Below are positions 60,201 to 64,000 of a stretch of DNA of 64,000 bases, in pieces. The stretch comes from Takakia lepidozioides (lineage: Eukaryota > Plantae > Bryophyta). A program made the translations under genes and the position numbers. Location of the stretch: assembly GCA_030704615.1 (NCBI GenBank), contig CM060734.1, positions 49,352,001 to 49,416,000 of the forward strand, written 5' to 3'. Under the pieces are notes generated by a model. That model was not told where the DNA came from and made no database searches. It saw nothing but the letters and a program-made list of their open reading frames with translations. Position 1 is the stretch's first letter; each line of letters starts with the position of its first letter.

Positions 60201-63200
60201 TGAGTGCCACAGTGCTCTATGTAGTTCCATTCATACCAGCCAGGTCAGCTACTATACAACAACTTTGATCTTCTCACATAACATTGAGATACACTTAGAG
60301 CCTTCTATTCAGAAAAGAGGGGGTAAAGATATCACTCGAGTATAGCTGGACTAAGAGAGGACTACGGAAGCACACAACAAACAGGGGGACATATTCATAC
60401 CTGGAATACCAATCCCAGTATCACAGATATCACAGTGAAGCCAGATGGTTTCTGCTTCTTCATCATGACTGCTTAGCGAGTCCCCATCAGACCCTTCACT
60501 CATTAGCCCTTGAGAGGAAGTCCGTTGGTTCATGTATCTTGCAAATTCCTCACCCTTTGTAGGAGAGAATTGGCAACTCTGACAACTTTCAGCAGTCTCA
60601 CTCACATCAGGGCCTCCATCTACTAGCCTCAACACTGTTGCAGGTTGCACGACCCTCACTTGGGGGAGGTGTAACCTTGAGGGAAAGGGGAAAGGAGGAG
60701 CACTTGGAACAGCTCCCATACCTAAGTCTTCCAGCTGATCATTTCCAAGTTGCCTTTGGCCCGAAAGAGAGGGTGGGGTTGAGGATCTGGACAATGAACT
60801 ATCTTGAGCTTCAAGGTCTGCTGACAGTGGATGCCTGGAAGACTGAGAGGCTGCTGCCCATTCCTCTTGGGAGGAGTGGGTTTGTTCAACTCCTGTACCT
60901 TCTGTTGTTAAGTTTGGAGAGCTTTCCACCCGCAAAATTATTCCAACACCCCCCTCATGGGTAAACTTAAGGGCATTGCTGTCCCAATCAAAACCGCAAA
61001 CAAAGTGAACGTCAGTCACTCTCTACCACTGTATATATGGTATAAAAAATAAACCAATGAGAATGATATGACATGATATGAGCAATATGATATCGAATTG
61101 CACAAACCATGGTAGTACCTGACTAGATTGGTGAAAACCTGCCGGATCCTCAGTATGTCCCCAATGACCTGCAAAACAACTCCAGGAGGGTCACAGACAG
61201 CACTTTCAACCCCAAAATAAATGGCAGAGAAAGATTGTCCTTGTCAACAAGCCACAACTGAAATTTCAAACGAGCAACTTAAAGGAAGATGAAATTGCAT
61301 CAAGAGCACATCGCCATAGAAATTCGTAGTCAGGTGAATTGGTAAAATCGACCCCTGAATAAAAATACAAGTACTTACCTCAAGTGGCACATCATCGGTA
61401 ATAACTCCTTCTAAGATCAGGTGTTTGTCTTGCACAGAAGCCAAAGCCATTTGTAACACATGCTTGACCACCTCCCTGGGTCTGAACTTCTTCGCCTCAA
61501 GTTTCATAGCACCTGCCACCCAAGCTCATGTCCTCAGGAAAGATAAAAGTAACCTAACACCATTGAAAATTTCCTCTCAAACCCTCAAGAGTAACGATGA
61601 CTCTCTCTCTCTCAAACCCTCGAGTCAATAATTTCAAACTTTGCTTGCCCCACCTGATTCAACTTTTGAGAGGTCAAGAATGTCATTGATAAGCTGCAGG
61701 ACAAGGTCACCCGAAGATACCATCACCTCCACAACCTGTCGTTGCTCAGGGTCCAGGGGTGTAGTCGCCAAGACCTCTGCCATACTCACTACACCCGACA
61801 ATGGTGATCGTATCTCGTGTGACATTGTTGCTAAAATCTGCTTAGCCCTCATTGTTTCCTCTGCAAGAAAATTCCAACCAATCACACCAGACTTCATCTC
61901 AAAAAGTCACCTCTGCTGACTGTTGCCGACAGAGACATCACCCTCTTTGGACCCCCGTTACACCAAAAGTGACCCTTGGGAGACACCTGGAGGCCGGGTC
62001 ACAATGCAATCGCATATCTGCACCTTCTGCAGAGGAAAGGCAAATATAGTTCCTTTCGGAATATTGTTTCGTTTGCAAGTTCGTGCCATAATCCTTTTGA
62101 ACCTATTTGAAACCAGGGTAAACACTTGCCTGTAATATGAATCGTCTTGTGCAGCTCCGACTCCATAGCTTTCTGTACTGCCACATCCTCTCTCAGACGA
62201 GCCAGCTTTTCTCTTTTATCCACCTGCCAAAATGTCCATGTATCTAGTTCAAACTTGTGCAAAAATATCTGCATTTCTGCCCCTTCTCTTGGACCGTGGC
62301 ACCGGAAGTGCAACCATTCACATTGCCAACTTCGTCATTGAAACGACCTCTAGCAGCAGGGCTGAAAGCAAACTTGTACTTTCTAGTATGCGGTCAGTCC
62401 ACCACATCAAATGATACTCAATCCACTCTAACTGGATTGTCAACAGCAGTCTGCAAGATCACCTTTGTGGGGTTTCAGCCCCACAAACAGCTCTGTGAGG
62501 TTAAGTACCTCGCGAGGCCTGTGCCTCATCACCAATGCTTACACGATGAGTACATCTCTCACCCTTTTGAGTATTTTCTGAAGCGGTTTTTTGTTTTTAA
62601 TGTTTCTTCTTTCTCTCTACACCCATGGACATATTTGTTTTTTCTTCTTCCGTCTTTATTCATTCCTATTCCTGTTGTGCACTTTGGCTCTTCAGGCCTC
62701 CCGCAGATGTAGTTCCTTCTCTAAACGTAATAAGCTACCAACGTCAGCCCCTGACAGAGGTAGGTTTTTGTTCCCGCTCAAACTGGGCGCGGGGTCAATG
62801 GCCACAAGGCTACGGCAAACAACGTCTTCTGAGTACAATCTAAACGTAATAAGCTTTCTTTTGCTAACCAATTCTGCACACCAAAAGTGAGGTTTATGGC
62901 CACAATGCTACAGCAAGCTAAAGCGCACATTCCATTCTCCACAACAGAAACTTACATAGCTTAGGTTCGAAGTAAAGAAATTGACCTAAAATTGACCCAG
63001 AAGTTTGGATGCCTGAAATTATTGCCTTCTCCTTCAATCACAAAGTGGTATACCTGTTCCGTGACATCTGTGGCAACGTAGTTGAGACCTATGGTCGCTC
63101 CAGATGTGCTAAACACTGGCTCCACAGCAATCAAGAAAGTCTTCACACCAAAGAGGTTGGTCTCAAAATGGATTTCGCGTTTCTCAGGCCAACCAGTACG

Positions 63201-64000
63201 TAAAACACTGCGTTTGAATTCCATGAGTTCTGGCACACCCATACCCTGGTATATCTCAATGTCTGTCTTGCCTATGACTTCCTGCAAAATGTGAACACAT
63301 TACCTGGTCAACCTCGCCTAAAGACTGAAAACCGTTTGAGACAGTCAGTCAAACCATACTAGAACTGGGTGTAACACACTACTCATATAACAAATCAATT
63401 AACCAAGCTGGTGAACTAGCTTATGACCATGCCAGGAAATCAGGGTGAACGATATCCAGTCCATTCGTGATAAACTGTGGAATGGGAAGGCCATCGTTGA
63501 GCATAGATGCTAAAGGTAGGAATGTGCGTGCAGAAGGTGCAGGAGAGACGTAGTAACTGGATAAGACAGACAGAAGTGGGAAATAGGACCTAAGTACAAA
63601 TATTTGGCATGGGCTGCAGGCTTGGGTGGTTTTGCAAACCTCTTCTCTCAGAGTTGGAAAGGCATTATAGATGAAACGATAACGCAAGTCCTTGTCCTGC
63701 ATGACCACAGCAATCACTTCAGTTGAGCAAAAATGTCCCCTTTGTGCCATCTTACGCATGCATAGACAGTGCACTTAGCCCCATACCAAAGAGGGTGAGA
63801 CCTTGCATCATTGTTGACGAGTGAAAAACATCCTTTAGAAGAGCATACCTGGTGAGCTACAATAACTGGCGACTTTCTTAGAGAGAAACGCAGAAAGTTA
63901 TCCAAACGCGCCACCTGTTTCCGCAAATCCTCCAAATATTGCTGTTCCGGCAAGGTCTCAGAGGTTTCCTGTAGCTTTTTATCTAGAGCCTCCTCCCTGA
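57246..64000 (-). CDS. AHK5: Hybrid histidine kinase (PAS-like, HisKA, HATPase_c, receiver), AHK5/CKI2-like; 5' end outside the window
   Basis: [53 protein letters not shown] (H box), [21 protein letters not shown] (N box), DTGIGIP (G1), [20 protein letters not shown] (G2), [10 protein letters not shown]...[15 protein letters not shown]...MTANAL...AKPV (receiver). About 12 exons in the window; stop TAG at 57248-57246. Confidence 0.93.
58105..58595 (+). mobile_element. 5'-truncated LINE family A copy in a histidine kinase intron
   Basis: Encodes nearly the same C-terminus as 7332..7850, with an in-frame ~30-nt deletion. A 13-bp TSD TTATCTTACAACA lies at 58092-58104 and 58596-58608. Confidence 0.95.
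62737..62838 (+). mobile_element. ~100-bp 3' tip of LINE family A in a histidine kinase intron
   Basis: Matches the family-A 3' end. A 17-bp TSD TCTAAACGTAATAAGCT lies at 62720-62736 and 62839-62855. Confidence 0.93.

Overview
Eukaryotic nuclear DNA from a land plant: spliceosomal introns, plant-specific gene families and plant transposons. A non-seed lineage is my inference and cannot be proven from this window. Apparently intact genes are a single-exon LEA_2/NDR1-HIN1-like gene (12.1-12.8 kb, -), two paralogous intronless F-box genes (19.8-21.0 and 38.2-39.4 kb, +; the first lacks the matching ATG), a 13-exon CNNM/DUF21-CBS Mg-transporter-like gene (21.8-29.0 kb, -), a 3-exon F-box/kelch gene (40.8-43.1 kb, -), an OCP3-like homeodomain gene (47.2-50.5 kb, +), a P-class PPR gene (51.4-55.5 kb, -) and the 3' part of an AHK5-like hybrid histidine kinase (57.2 kb to window end, -). 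Mobile DNA comprises a decayed pogo/DDE_1 element, a complete 7.44-kb hAT element with an exact 8-bp TSD, two nested non-autonomous hAT elements, two LINE families (five and two copies) and a non-autonomous partner of one LINE. The two most unusual observations are: (1) the hAT carries a chain of same-strand, splice-compatible extra exons of unknown origin upstream of its transposase; (2) two patchworks of decayed host-gene fragments (FBL-LRR, PLS-PPR, KCR, FPA-like RRM and TFIIB, with an NPG-type TPR fragment nearby) share reshuffled blocks, and each lies upstream of one F-box paralog. Exon boundaries and family assignments were made by eye, without database searches.
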